This document shows positions 20,701 through 29,520 of a stretch of DNA of 64,000 nucleotides, piece after piece. Numbering within the stretch: position 1 is the stretch's first letter; every line of letters starts with the position of its first letter. The position numbers and the translations under genes are program-made. The stretch spans positions 30,989 to 94,988 of the forward strand of contig JADGNZ010000005.1 of NCBI GenBank assembly GCA_017883205.1. The letters are read 5' to 3'. Source of the stretch: Thermoanaerobaculia bacterium (GTDB taxonomy: Bacteria > Acidobacteriota > Thermoanaerobaculia > Gp7-AA8). Below the pieces are notes generated by a model. It ran no database searches. It was not told the DNA's origin and was given only the letters and a program-made list of their open reading frames with translations.

Positions 20701-21456
20701 CGGAAGCCGTCGGACTTGCGGTAGATGCCGATCGAGGTGTTGATCGTCTGGATGTAGTAAGTGGGACCGACGTCACCATTGGGGTCCGGCGGATGTCCTG
20801 CACCCCAGTTCGCGAAGTCGAGTCCATCGAACGTGTTCAGCGGCGCGGGAGCGGGAGCGTTGGCCAGTGCACGCGGACCTGCCATCGCCGCCACCGGGTT
20901 ATTCGACTGGATCGTCGGCCCGGTCTCCATCGGCTGCGGAATGACAGAAGGCGCTTCGCGCTCCGGCCGTTCCTTCTTCGTCGGTGGCGTCGACGGCAGC
21001 GTGCGCAGGTCGAATACCGTGCCCGAGGCCTTCTCCAGCTTCAGCTCGGACGGAGGACCGACCGGGCCGGGCGCGGGCCTCGCCGCTAAAGGCGTTACGC
21101 TGCCGGTCGAAGTCGCCTCCTTCCGCTCGCGGTTCTCGCGGGAGGCCGAAACCGCAGGATCCTTCTCGACGGACAGCGGTCGGGGGACGTTTCTGTGCAG
21201 CGCCTGCCAAAGGTTGCTTTGACAAGCGACAGATGCGGGCATCGCGGTTTTCGCGTGTTTCTTCGCGAACACAACCGCCGGATCGGTCTTCGCGGTTCTT
21301 GCGCTTGCGATCTGTTCAGGTGACGAGATTCCCCGGCAGTCGGGTAGATCAGGTTTCGCGCTGCGTTGCGCATGATTCGAATCCCCGTTTGCGGTCCCGA
21401 CCAGACCGATGACGAGGACTGCTCCGATGACGATGCGTTTCATACGGCGTTTCATG
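14799..21456 (-). CDS. 2218-aa secreted/cell-surface repeat protein: signal peptide, unknown N-terminal domain (~1000 aa), carboxypeptidase-regulatory-like beta-sandwich, 7 tandem 81-aa Ig-like repeats (YAWTGPNGFTS...GTYSVTVTVSGCTSAAG), 3 tandem ~85-aa related repeats, Fn3 domain, 3 short C-terminal repeats (..TIKAVHVTELRTAL..)
   Basis: Long ORF. N-terminus MKRRMKRIVIGAVLVIGLVGTANG is a classic signal peptide, so the start is moved to ATG 21456 rather than the track's 21545. Repeat architecture read directly from the translation. CarbPepD_reg-like segment 'GTVSGTVTATVGGAAISGATVQFGSRSATTNGSGAYSFANIPAGTYPL'. Confidence 0.85.
16330..18030. repeat. Seven tandem ~243-bp near-identical coding repeats (Ig-like modules) inside the 2218-aa gene; boundaries approximate
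   Basis: The 26-mer gtgaagccgttcggaccggtccaggc (reverse complement encodes AWTGPNGFT) recurs at 16456, 16699, 16942, 17185, 17428, 17671 and 17914 with exact 243-bp period. Confidence 0.8.
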
Positions 21457-21721
21457 GTCGATCCTCGTTGCATTGGATTAGTCGGATCTGACACAGACGG
21501 TGTGGTTCTGCGGTGCAGTTTGTCTTCGCGTCGTGCCGGCGGCAAAGCCTGCAGAGTTCTGACAACGAGTTTGTCCCGGTCGTCACCAGAAAGTTATTCC
21601 AGCAACAATGGTCGCAGCACGACCTGTTGTCAATGTGATGATTGAGGCGAACTGCATTGGCACGGAGAGCAAGCCTCAGCGCTCTCTGCGACTCTGTGGT
21701 TGGGGGACCCTGAGTAAGTAC

Positions 21722-23860
21722 TCACGCTTGTTTGATCGCCGCCAGCACTCGCTCCGGCGTCATTGGCAGGCGGTACATCCGCACGCCGGTTGCGTCGAAC
21801 ACCGCATTGGCGATCACGGCGCCCATGGGCACGATGGCCGGCTCGCCGCCGCCTTGTGGCGCGAGGTCGTCATTCTTGATCAGCACCGTCTCGATGTGCG
21901 GCGCGACTGCGGCGAAACGCGGCAGCTCGTAGGTGTCGAAGTTCTTGTCAAGGATGTCGCCGCCGTTGAACTTCAGCTCCTCGCTCAGCACGTAGCCGAG
22001 GCCCATGTTGACGCAGCCGGACATCTGCATCTTCGCGCCCCATGGGTTGATGACCAGCCCCATGTCCTGTGCAGCGACGACACGCTTCACGTTGATCGCG
22101 CCCGTCTTCCGATCGACCGCGACTTCGGCGGCGATCGCGCAGTAGGTGCCGACGTCGAGAGCGACGGCGATGGCGCGCCCCTGCCCCGATGGCCCTGCGC
22201 CCGCTTTCCATCCGAACGCATCGGCTGCCGCCTTCAGTACGCGGCGCAGCCGTTCGTCCGACGCATTGCGCAGGCGGAACTCGAGCGGATCGATCTTCGA
22301 CGCGGCGGCCATGATGTCGATCTGCGACTCGCGGGCGAAGACATTCGGCCCCGCGCCTGGAGCACGCCACGGCCCGGTAGCGAACGGATGGACATTCTCG
22401 CCCCCTGAACGCCGGCCGAGGTACGTTTTTACGCGGACGTTCGGTACGTCGTACAGAACCTCGGACGAGCCGTTCCCGGCGGCGTAAACGTGGTAGTCCC
22501 ACATCGAAATCTTCCCGGCGTCGTCGACGGTCGAGTTGATTTTCACCACCGAGGCGGGGCCGAAAGTGTCGAAGAAAAACTCCTCGGCCCGCGTCCACAC
22601 GACGGCTACCGGCTTGCCGGTGATCTTCGCCAGTTGGGTAGCCTCGACGCCTTGCTCGGTGGGACTCTTCCCGCCGAAACCGCCGCCGACAAACGGCGTG
22701 ATGACGCGCACGCTCTTCTCCTCGAGGCCGAGTACGTTCGCGATGCGTGTGCGCGCACCGAACGGGCTCTGCGTCGATGCCCACACCGTCATCTTCCCGT
22801 CCTTCCACTCCGCGAGCGCGGTGTGCGGCTCCATCGGGGCATGGGCGACGTAACCGGTGCGGAACGTCGACTGGAAGACGCGGGTGCCCGCGGCGGTGCT
22901 GGTGACGTCGCCGTGCGACGTTACCGCCTCGCCGTCACCGCCGGTCTTTACGAAGTAGCCGGCGACCGATTCGGTGTCGAACGCGGCGGTAGGCCGATCC
23001 CACTCGGCCTTGATCAGCGCCAGCGCTTCATGGGCGCGCTCGGGATCACCATGTAGCACGGCGACAAGGTCGTCGTGCTCGACGACCGTCACGCCGCTCA
23101 TGGCCTTCGCCTTCGAGGTGTCGAGCGACTTGCGCGTTGCCCCGTGCATCGGCGGGCGGAGAATGCGGGCATAGAGCATGCCTGGTACTCGGATGTCGCC
23201 CGCGTACTTCGCGCGGCCGGTCACCTTCTCGTGAGCGTCCATCCGCTTCACCGGCGTTCCGATGGCCTTGAATTGCTTGACCGTGCGCAGCACGGCCTTC
23301 TCGCCGACGAGCCGCGCGATCTGTTTCCCCTTCGCCAGCTCGCCGTACGTGACCTTCTGCGAACCGTTCGACACCACACCGTTCTCGACGACGAGCTGCT
23401 CTTTCGGGCTCCCGAGCTTCTCTGATGCCAGCTTCATCAGCACAGCCCGCGCCTCGGCCGCCGCTGCGCGCACTGCCGGGCCGAACATCCGCGTCGACTG
23501 CGAGCCCCACGTGCCGGCGTCCCACGGACACAGATCGGTGTCGCCCATGACCATGGTGATCGAATCGAGCGAGACACAGAGCTCCTCGGCCGCCATCTGA
23601 GCCAGCGACGTGTGTACGCCCTGACCCATCTCGATTTTTCCGGAGAAGAGCGTCACGCCTCCGCTCTCATCGATCCGCAGATAGGCGTTGAGATCCTCGG
23701 GATAGCCGCGCCGCTGCGCGAGTAGATCGGCCGGCTTCGACGTCATCAGCACGACGATGCCGCCGCCGAGGAGCTTGCAGAAAAGGCGGCGATCGAGCCC
23801 GGTGGCGATTCCGGGCGAAGACGTTTCGGCCGGAGGGAAGGGCCACGACTGCGCTGTCAT
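21722..23860 (-). CDS. Molybdopterin-dependent oxidoreductase, large (MoCo-binding) subunit of the xanthine dehydrogenase / aldehyde oxidase family (IorB/CoxL-like), Tat signal
   Basis: 712-aa ORF. N-terminal twin-arginine motif 'DRRLFCKLLGGGIVVL'. Family-typical segments (GVTLFSGKIEMGQG, GQGVHTSLAQMAAEEL, FGGKS...). Overlaps the small-subunit gene by 4 nt. Confidence 0.9.
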   Translation of the reverse strand: MTAQSWPFPPAETSSPGIATGLDRRLFCKLLGGGIVVLMTSKPADLLAQRRGYPEDLNAYLRIDESGGVTLFSGKIEMGQGVHTSLAQMAAEELCVSLDSITMVMGDTDLCPWDAGTWGSQSTRMFGPAVRAAAAEARAVLMKLASEKLGSPKEQLVVENGVVSNGSQKVTYGELAKGKQIARLVGEKAVLRTVKQFKAIGTPVKRMDAHEKVTGRAKYAGDIRVPGMLYARILRPPMHGATRKSLDTSKAKAMSGVTVVEHDDLVAVLHGDPERAHEALALIKAEWDRPTAAFDTESVAGYFVKTGGDGEAVTSHGDVTSTAAGTRVFQSTFRTGYVAHAPMEPHTALAEWKDGKMTVWASTQSPFGARTRIANVLGLEEKSVRVITPFVGGGFGGKSPTEQGVEATQLAKITGKPVAVVWTRAEEFFFDTFGPASVVKINSTVDDAGKISMWDYHVYAAGNGSSEVLYDVPNVRVKTYLGRRSGGENVHPFATGPWRAPGAGPNVFARESQIDIMAAASKIDPLEFRLRNASDERLRRVLKAAADAFGWKAGAGPSGQGRAIAVALDVGTYCAIAAEVAVDRKTGAINVKRVVAAQDMGLVINPWGAKMQMSGCVNMGLGYVLSEELKFNGGDILDKNFDTYELPRFAAVAPHIETVLIKNDDLAPQGGGEPAIVPMGAVIANAVFDATGVRMYRLPMTPERVLAAIKQA

Positions 23861-24330
23861 CGGGCACCTCCAGTCTTCGACGCGTCTTCGATCGCGGCGA
23901 TGATTCCCTGATGCGCCCCGCAGCGGCAGAGGTTCCCGTTCATCTCATCGACGATGGCGCTGCGCGAGGGGTGTGGCTGCTTCTGCAGCAAGGCCCAGGC
24001 GTTCATGAGCATCCCTGAGGTGCAGTAGCCGCACTGGAACCCACCGTGCTCGATGAAGGCCTGTTGCAGCGGATGCAGCTTTCCGCCGTGCTCGAGCCCT
24101 TCGACGGTGACCACGTTCTTGTTTTCAACGTCGGCCAACGAAGTCTGGCAGGACCTCACTGCAGTGCCGTTGACGGCGACCGTGCAGGCGCCGCACAGGC
24201 CCTCGCCGCAGCCGAATTTCGTGCCAGTGAGGTTGAGATCGGTGCGGATGACCCAGAGCAGTGTGCGCCGGTCGTCGGTGTCGAGGGTTACGGGCTGGCC
24301 GTTCAGGTGGAACCGGATGCTCTTCTTCAC
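23857..24330 (-). CDS. (2Fe-2S)-binding small subunit of the Mo-hydroxylase (IorA/CoxS-like)
   Basis: Two Cys clusters: plant-ferredoxin-like CGEGLCGAC and the second 2Fe-2S motif GFQCGYCTSG...CRCG. Start trimmed from the track's 24408 to GTG 24330, which has a GGAGG Shine-Dalgarno 7 nt upstream (seen on the minus strand at 24336-24340) and a family-typical N-terminus VKKSIRFHLNG. Confidence 0.85.
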   Translation of the reverse strand: MKKSIRFHLNGQPVTLDTDDRRTLLWVIRTDLNLTGTKFGCGEGLCGACTVAVNGTAVRSCQTSLADVENKNVVTVEGLEHGGKLHPLQQAFIEHGGFQCGYCTSGMLMNAWALLQKQPHPSRSAIVDEMNGNLCRCGAHQGIIAAIEDASKTGGAR

Positions 24331-24470
24331 GCGAGCCTCCTGCGTTAGGGGGTCAATGGTATCGCATGAGCTGCGAACTTTTCCTTCGCGGAGGTCACTC
24401 CAACGCACGGGTTCCCGTCCCGCTCGATGGGGCGCATACTAGCTCCTATGTCATCGCCGAACCGAACCTC

Positions 24471-25022
24471 ATGACACCCGGCGAGTACCTCGATCTCGAA
24501 CGGAAATCAGAGATCCGAAGTGAGTACATCGCCGGCCGCATGTTCGCGATGTCGGGAGCGAGCCGGCGACACGGTCTGATCGCCGGTAACCTGTTTCGGG
24601 AGATCAGCTCCCAGATGCGCGGCAGAGCATGCGAGGCGCATATTAACGACCTGCGCGTCAAAGTCAGCCCGACTGGTATGTACACGTATCCAGACATCGT
24701 CGCCCTCTGCGGCGAGGCGCAACTCGAAGACGAGCACTTCGACACGCTTCTCAATCCGACAGTGATCGTAGATGTGCTTTTCGATTCGACTGAGGCGTAT
24801 GACCGTGGGGAGAAGTTCGCGCACTACCGACGTCTCGACACGCTGCGCGAGTATGTCCTCGTCTCTCAGGACAAGATCCGCATCGAACGCTTCCGGCGCG
24901 AGGGAGATGAGTGGACTCTCTCCGAGGTCAGCGGCCCGGACGCAACTCTGCACCTAGAATCGATCGACTGCCACGTCGCCGTCGGCGCGATCTACGAAAA
25001 AGTCGATTTCGGTCCTAGCTGA
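24471..25022 (+). CDS. Uma2-family (DUF820) putative endonuclease
   Basis: Characteristic N-terminus MTPGEYLDLERKSEIRSEYIAGRMFAMSGASRRHGLIAGNL... and ~184-aa size. Start chosen at in-frame ATG 24471; the track ORF begins at 24261 in Arg/Gly-rich sequence. Confidence 0.8.
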   Translation: MTPGEYLDLERKSEIRSEYIAGRMFAMSGASRRHGLIAGNLFREISSQMRGRACEAHINDLRVKVSPTGMYTYPDIVALCGEAQLEDEHFDTLLNPTVIVDVLFDSTEAYDRGEKFAHYRRLDTLREYVLVSQDKIRIERFRREGDEWTLSEVSGPDATLHLESIDCHVAVGAIYEKVDFGPS

Positions 25023-25189
25023 GAATCGTGGGCCCAGGCCACCGTGCGGCGGTGGCTCAGAAATCCATCGAGGATCGCATGCGGATCTGTCCGTCTGATT
25101 GGGTCTCTCCCCCAAACACATGACGCTATTCCCTGCGGTTGCGGGATGGAGCTTCGCGGCGCGGAAGATCACTGTCGGCGCATGCAAAA

Positions 25190-26590
25190 GGAGAAGTCAT
25201 GAGCATGCATCGCCGGGGACTCGGATTCCTCTGTCTTTTATCGGCGCTTCTCATCTTCATCAAAGTCCCTTCAGCGAGTGCGATTCCGGCATTTGCTCGT
25301 AAGTACGAGACATCCTGCCAGACGTGCCACACCGGCTTTCCGAAGCTGAATCCGTTCGGCGAAGCTTTCCGGCTCAATGGCTATCGGATGCCGAAGGAGA
25401 CCGAGGAGCAGATCAAGATCAAGCCGGTCAGCCTTGGCGCCGAGGCGTACAAGAAGATGTGGCCGAGGGCGATCTATCCAAGCGATCTGCCCGGACAGGT
25501 GCCGCTTGCGCTGAACGTGAAGATGGCCAGCGTCTACGCATCGTCACTCGATGACAGCGGTCATACGATCGTGCACAACGACTTTCAGTTTCCGCAGGAA
25601 GCGAATCTCTTCGCCGGCGGCACGCTCGGCGAGCACATGAGCTTTCTCGGCGAGGTCACCTGGTCCGAGAACCCGGACGGCAGCAGCTCCACCGAGATCG
25701 AGCGCTTGCATCTGCAGGCGGGATCGTTCATCGGGCCCGAGCACCTGTTCAACATCAAGATCGGCAAGTTCGCAGCCGACCTCGACGACGGGTTCCACGA
25801 GATGTGGCTGTCGACCGACAACGGGGTCGACAATCTGTTCACCTTCAATCCCATCGGATTGCACGGGGGGACGGGGCTCTCCGATGCGGGCGCCATCAGC
25901 CTTCCGGTGAACGTGAAAGGAATCGAGGCGTACGGGGTAGCCAAGCACCGCTGGTTCTATACCGTGGGCGTCGTCAACGGCCTCGGCCCCTCCGCCAGCG
26001 GCAATGTCGATGGCAATGCCAGCAAGGACGTTTACGCCCGAGTCGATTACAAGTTCGGCGGAATGGGGCTCGACGGCGACTCCACAGGTGTGACGCTGCC
26101 GCCGGAGAACTGGAGGGAGCGGTCGTTCCGCGTCGGTGTTCTCGGGTATCACGGCAACGGTTCCGGGGTCGATTTCCCGCTCACCGACGATACCGGTGCC
26201 ACCGTGAATGTTCAGGATCGCACCTTCAACCGCGCCGGGATCTTCGCCTCCTGGTACTACGACGATCTCAATGTCTTCGGCGTGGCCATGAGCGGGCGGG
26301 ATCGCCTCGACACGTTCGCGGCGGATGGATCTCTCTCCAATGCACAGAGCTTCCGCTACAACTCCTGGTTCGTTCAATCGGATTACGTGATTCTGCCGCC
26401 GCTTCAGGCATCGCTTCGGTATGAAAGCGTCACGCCGCCGGGCGCGGCGGGAGTCAAGTCTCTTCGCGCGCTCAATGCCAGCATGGCCTACTTCTTCTAC
26501 GCCAACGTGAAGACGATGGTCGAGTACCGGCGCGACCTGAGCGAGTCGAAGAACTACCAGCTCTCGACCATCCTTCGCTTCGCCTTCTGA
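25190..26590 (+). CDS. Secreted protein with N-terminal c-type heme-binding motif (CQTCH) fused to a predicted outer-membrane beta-barrel (ends ...QLSTILRFAF); 'heme-porin'
   Basis: AAGGAG Shine-Dalgarno at 25179-25184, ATG at 25190. Signal peptide MSMHRRGLGFLCLLSALLIFIKVPSASA. Single CxxCH at residues ~40-44 of the mature protein. Alternating amphipathic strands, Gly/aromatic-rich, and a C-terminal Phe as in OMP beta-barrels. The next gene starts 25 nt downstream with its own SD. Confidence 0.75.
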   Translation, partial: GEVMSMHRRGLGFLCLLSALLIFIKVPSASAIPAFARKYETSCQTCHTGFPKLNPFGEAFRLNGYRMPKETEEQIKIKPVSLGAEAYKKMWPRAIYPSDLPGQVPLALNVKMASVYASSLDDSGHTIVHNDFQFPQEANLFAGGTLGEHMSFLGEVTWSENPDGSSSTEIERLHLQAGSFIGPEHLFNIKIGKFAADLDDGFHEMWLSTDNGVDNLFTFNPIGLHGGTGLSDAGAISLPVNVKGIEAYGVAKHRWFYTVGVVNGLGPSASGNVDGNASKDVYARVDYKFGGMGLDGDSTGVTLPPENWRERSFRVGVLGYHGNGSGVDFPLTDDTGATVNVQDRTFNRAGIFASWYYDDLNVFGVAMSGRDRLDTFAADGSLSNAQSFRYNSWFVQSDYVILPPLQASLRYESVTPPGAAGVKSLRALNASMAYFFYANVKTMVEYRRDLSESKNYQLSTILRFAF

Positions 26591-26603
26591 CCACATTCCC
26601 AAC

Positions 26604-26609
26604 AAGGAG
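26604..26609 (+). promoter_or_regulatory. Shine-Dalgarno AAGGAG for the cupredoxin gene (7-nt spacing to ATG 26616)
   Basis: Read directly: aacAAGGAGatactcATG. Confidence 0.7.
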
Positions 26610-26615
26610 ATACTC

Positions 26616-27191
26616 ATGAAAGCTGTCATCGCATCACTCATCGCACTCCTGGCCCTGCCGCTCATTGCCGGCGACATTCACGGCAAAGTCACCGCGCATA
26701 GCGTTCGCAATTCCGCCGATGCCATCGTCTACGTCGACAAGATCGCGGGGAAGACGTTCCCGCCACCCGCGGCGCACGCGAAGATCGACCAGAAGAACAT
26801 GCAGTTCTTGCCGCACGTGCTGGCGGTTGTGGCCGGCACGACGGTCGACTTCCTCAACTCCGACGCCGTTCTCCACAACGTCTTCTCGCCCGACGCCTGC
26901 GCCGATCACTTCAACCTCGGAACGTGGCCGCAAGGGCAGTCGAAGAGCTTCACCTTCAAGAAGGAGTGCTTCGCGTCGCTCCTGTGCAAAGTCCATTCGG
27001 AGATGGAGGGCTTCGTAGCCGTGCTGCCGACGCCGTACTTCGCCGTAACGGCTGCCGACGGCTCGTACGACATCAAAGACGTCCCCGACGGGACATACAC
27101 CGTAAAGGTCTGGCACCCGAAGCTGAAGGCGGCCACCAAGAGCGTCACCGTGAAGGGCGCGACCGAGGCGAGCTTCGAGATCGCGAAGTGA
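26616..27191 (+). CDS. Cupredoxin (type-1 blue copper, amicyanin-like C-x2-H-x2-M site) fused to a carboxypeptidase-regulatory-like beta-sandwich; secreted
   Basis: Signal peptide MKAVIASLIALLALPLIAG. Candidate copper ligands His (VLHNVF), Cys-His-Met in 'LLCKVHSEMEG'. C-terminal 'TAADGSYDIKDVPDGTYTVKVWHPKL' is CarbPepD_reg-like. Confidence 0.75.
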   Translation: MKAVIASLIALLALPLIAGDIHGKVTAHSVRNSADAIVYVDKIAGKTFPPPAAHAKIDQKNMQFLPHVLAVVAGTTVDFLNSDAVLHNVFSPDACADHFNLGTWPQGQSKSFTFKKECFASLLCKVHSEMEGFVAVLPTPYFAVTAADGSYDIKDVPDGTYTVKVWHPKLKAATKSVTVKGATEASFEIAK

Positions 27192-27194
27192 GCC

Positions 27195-29030
27195 ATGAGC
27201 GGCGCCGAGCACAATCAGGAGTGGCTGGAGCGTAACTTCCCGTGCAAGCAGGCTTGTCCTGTCCACACGGAAGCCGGGAAGTACGTGACCCTGATTGCGC
27301 AGGGGCGCTTTCGCGAGGCGTACGCCGTCGCCCGCAGACCGAATCCGCTTGCGTCGATCTGTGGGCGCATCTGCGCCGCTCCCTGCGAAGCGGTCTGCCG
27401 CCGCGGTGAGATCGATGCGCCGATCTCGATTCGCGCCCTCAAGCGGTTCGTCACCGAGAAGTTCGGCGTGGAGAGCATGCTCGACTTCTCGGTGCTCACC
27501 GAGATCTACGGCGACCGAACCAATCGCTACCCGGAGAAGGTGGCCATCATCGGCTCCGGTCCTGCCGGCCTGGCATGCGCGCACGACCTGGCGCTCCTCG
27601 GGTATCACGCCACGATCTTCGAAGCCGCTCCCGTCGCCGGCGGGATGCTGCGCCTCGGCGTTCCCGAATACCGCCTGCCGCGCGCCCTGATTCAGCTCGA
27701 GATCAACGCCATCCTCTCGCTCGGCGTGGAGCTGAAGACGAACGTCCGGATCGGCAAAGACCTGACGCTCTCGCAACTGAAGGCCGACGGATACGCGGCG
27801 ATCTTCCTCGGCGTCGGCTCGATGAAGAGCCGCGAGCTGGCCATCGAGGGACTCGAGCTCGACGGCGTGCTCCGCGGCATCGACTACCTCCTCAACATCA
27901 ACCTCGGCTACAAGGTCGAGATGGGGAAGAAGGTCATCGTGATCGGAGGCGGCAACGTCGCCCTCGACGTGGCCCGCACCGCTGCACGCGGGGGCGAGCA
28001 GACGAACATGCAACGCAACCTCTCGATCGTGCAGGCGATGGATGTGGCGCGCAGTGCGGTCCGCTTCGGCGCGCGCGACGTGACCGTCTGCTGCCTGGAG
28101 TCGGAGAGCGAGATGCCCGCCGCGAAGGATGAAGTTGAGGAGGCCTCGACCGAAGGAATCCGCTTCGCCTACCGGCTTGGTCCCAAACGGATCGTCGGCG
28201 CAAACGGCGTGACCACGGGCGTCGAGTTTCTGCGCGTATCGCGCGTCTTCGATGAGACCGGGCGCTTCGATCCGAAGTACACCGCAGGCTCGGAGACGGT
28301 CATCGAAGCCGACACCGTGATCGTCGCCATCGGCCAGACCGGCGACTTCGCCTTCCTGCAGCCGGAGGACGGTGTGGAGACGCGTGGCGGGCGGATCATC
28401 ATCGACCCCGACTCGCTGGCCACCACCGCGCCGGGCATCTTCGCCGGCGGCGACGCCGCGTTCGGGCCGCGCATCGCCATCAGCGCGGTGGCCGATGGCA
28501 AGCGCGCCGCGAAGTCGATCGACACCTTGCTGCGAGGAGTGGCGCGTCCGAGCGACGACACCTCCGTCGAAGTCATCATCGAGCCTCGCTGGGATCGCGA
28601 GCTCGACTTCGAAGGGATTCCGCGGCAGAAGCCTCCATCCCGGCCGCTTGCGCGGCGAATCGGCATCGCCGAGGTCGAGGAGTGCTTCAGCGAGCACACG
28701 GCGCGGCGCGAGGGAAGCCGCTGTCTCCGCTGCTGGACCAACACGATCTTCGATCAGAACGCCGCCGCGGGAACCGAGTGCATCCTCTGCGGCGGATGCC
28801 AGGACATCTGTCCGGAGCATTGCATCGCCATCGTCCCCGCGGCGCGCGTGATCTCGCTGCCGTCCGATGCCATCGAGCTCGCGCCGATCCTTCTCGAGAA
28901 CCGCTGGGTGGGCTCGGTCATGCTCAAGAACGAAGAGGTCTGCATTCGCTGCGGACTCTGCGCGGTGCGCTGTCCCGTGGGCACGATCACCATGCGCAGC
29001 TTCCACCGAAAGGAGAGCGACGTTGCCTGA
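27195..29030 (+). CDS. GltD-like FAD/NAD(P)H-dependent oxidoreductase with N-terminal Cys cluster and C-terminal 2x[4Fe-4S] ferredoxin domain (glutamate-synthase small-subunit / DPD subunit-A family)
   Basis: Two Rossmann GxGxxG motifs (VAIIGSGPAGLACAH; VIVIGGGNVALDVA). N-terminal C-x-x-x-C / CGRICAAPCEAVC. C-terminal CILCGGCQDICP and CIRCGLCAVRCP. Starts 4 nt after the cupredoxin stop. Confidence 0.9.
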   Translation: MSGAEHNQEWLERNFPCKQACPVHTEAGKYVTLIAQGRFREAYAVARRPNPLASICGRICAAPCEAVCRRGEIDAPISIRALKRFVTEKFGVESMLDFSVLTEIYGDRTNRYPEKVAIIGSGPAGLACAHDLALLGYHATIFEAAPVAGGMLRLGVPEYRLPRALIQLEINAILSLGVELKTNVRIGKDLTLSQLKADGYAAIFLGVGSMKSRELAIEGLELDGVLRGIDYLLNINLGYKVEMGKKVIVIGGGNVALDVARTAARGGEQTNMQRNLSIVQAMDVARSAVRFGARDVTVCCLESESEMPAAKDEVEEASTEGIRFAYRLGPKRIVGANGVTTGVEFLRVSRVFDETGRFDPKYTAGSETVIEADTVIVAIGQTGDFAFLQPEDGVETRGGRIIIDPDSLATTAPGIFAGGDAAFGPRIAISAVADGKRAAKSIDTLLRGVARPSDDTSVEVIIEPRWDRELDFEGIPRQKPPSRPLARRIGIAEVEECFSEHTARREGSRCLRCWTNTIFDQNAAAGTECILCGGCQDICPEHCIAIVPAARVISLPSDAIELAPILLENRWVGSVMLKNEEVCIRCGLCAVRCPVGTITMRSFHRKESDVA

Positions 29031-29040
29031 ACTGGAAGGA

Positions 29041-29520
29041 ATGTTCGGTCCCGAGGTTGAGGAGGAGGAGACGCCAGGCCGTCGCGACTTCTTCACGCAG
29101 ATCGGCGTTGGCGCCTGCGCGGTCGTTGCCGTCGCCTCCGGCATCGTGACGCTCGACTATCTCGAGCCGAAAGTGCTTTTCGAGCCGTCGACGACGTACG
29201 TAGCCGGCTCGCCACTCGACTTCGCTCCCGGCGTGGTCGTCCCCAATCAGGAGAAGAAAGCGTTCGTGATCGGTGCGGCCAACGGCATCTATGCGCTCTC
29301 CGCCGTCTGCACGCACCTCGGCTGCATCACCCGATACAAGTCCGATGAAAGCGCGATTGCCTGCCCCTGCCATGGCAGCCGCTTCGATCTCGAAGGGAAC
29401 GTTACACACGGACCAGCCCCGCGCCCGCTGCCGTGGCTCGACGTCAGCCAGGACGCGAATGGCAATCTCGTCGTCGACACCGGCATCGTCATCGCGCGCG
29501 GAAAGGTGTTCCGGCCATGA
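29041..29520 (+). CDS. Rieske [2Fe-2S] protein of a cytochrome bc-type complex, Tat-like RRDFF leader
   Basis: Box I CTHLGC and box II CPCHGS present. SD GGAAGGA precedes ATG 29041. The track ORF starts earlier, at 28867, in Arg/Ser-rich junk overlapping the previous gene. Confidence 0.9.
   Translation: MFGPEVEEEETPGRRDFFTQIGVGACAVVAVASGIVTLDYLEPKVLFEPSTTYVAGSPLDFAPGVVVPNQEKKAFVIGAANGIYALSAVCTHLGCITRYKSDESAIACPCHGSRFDLEGNVTHGPAPRPLPWLDVSQDANGNLVVDTGIVIARGKVFRP

Noticed and set aside
26634-29144. 836-aa minus-strand ORF antisense to the cupredoxin/GltD-like genes, and 25544..26677(-) antisense to the heme-porin
   Set aside because: Arg/Asp/Gly-rich junk. The plus-strand genes have unmistakable cofactor motifs.
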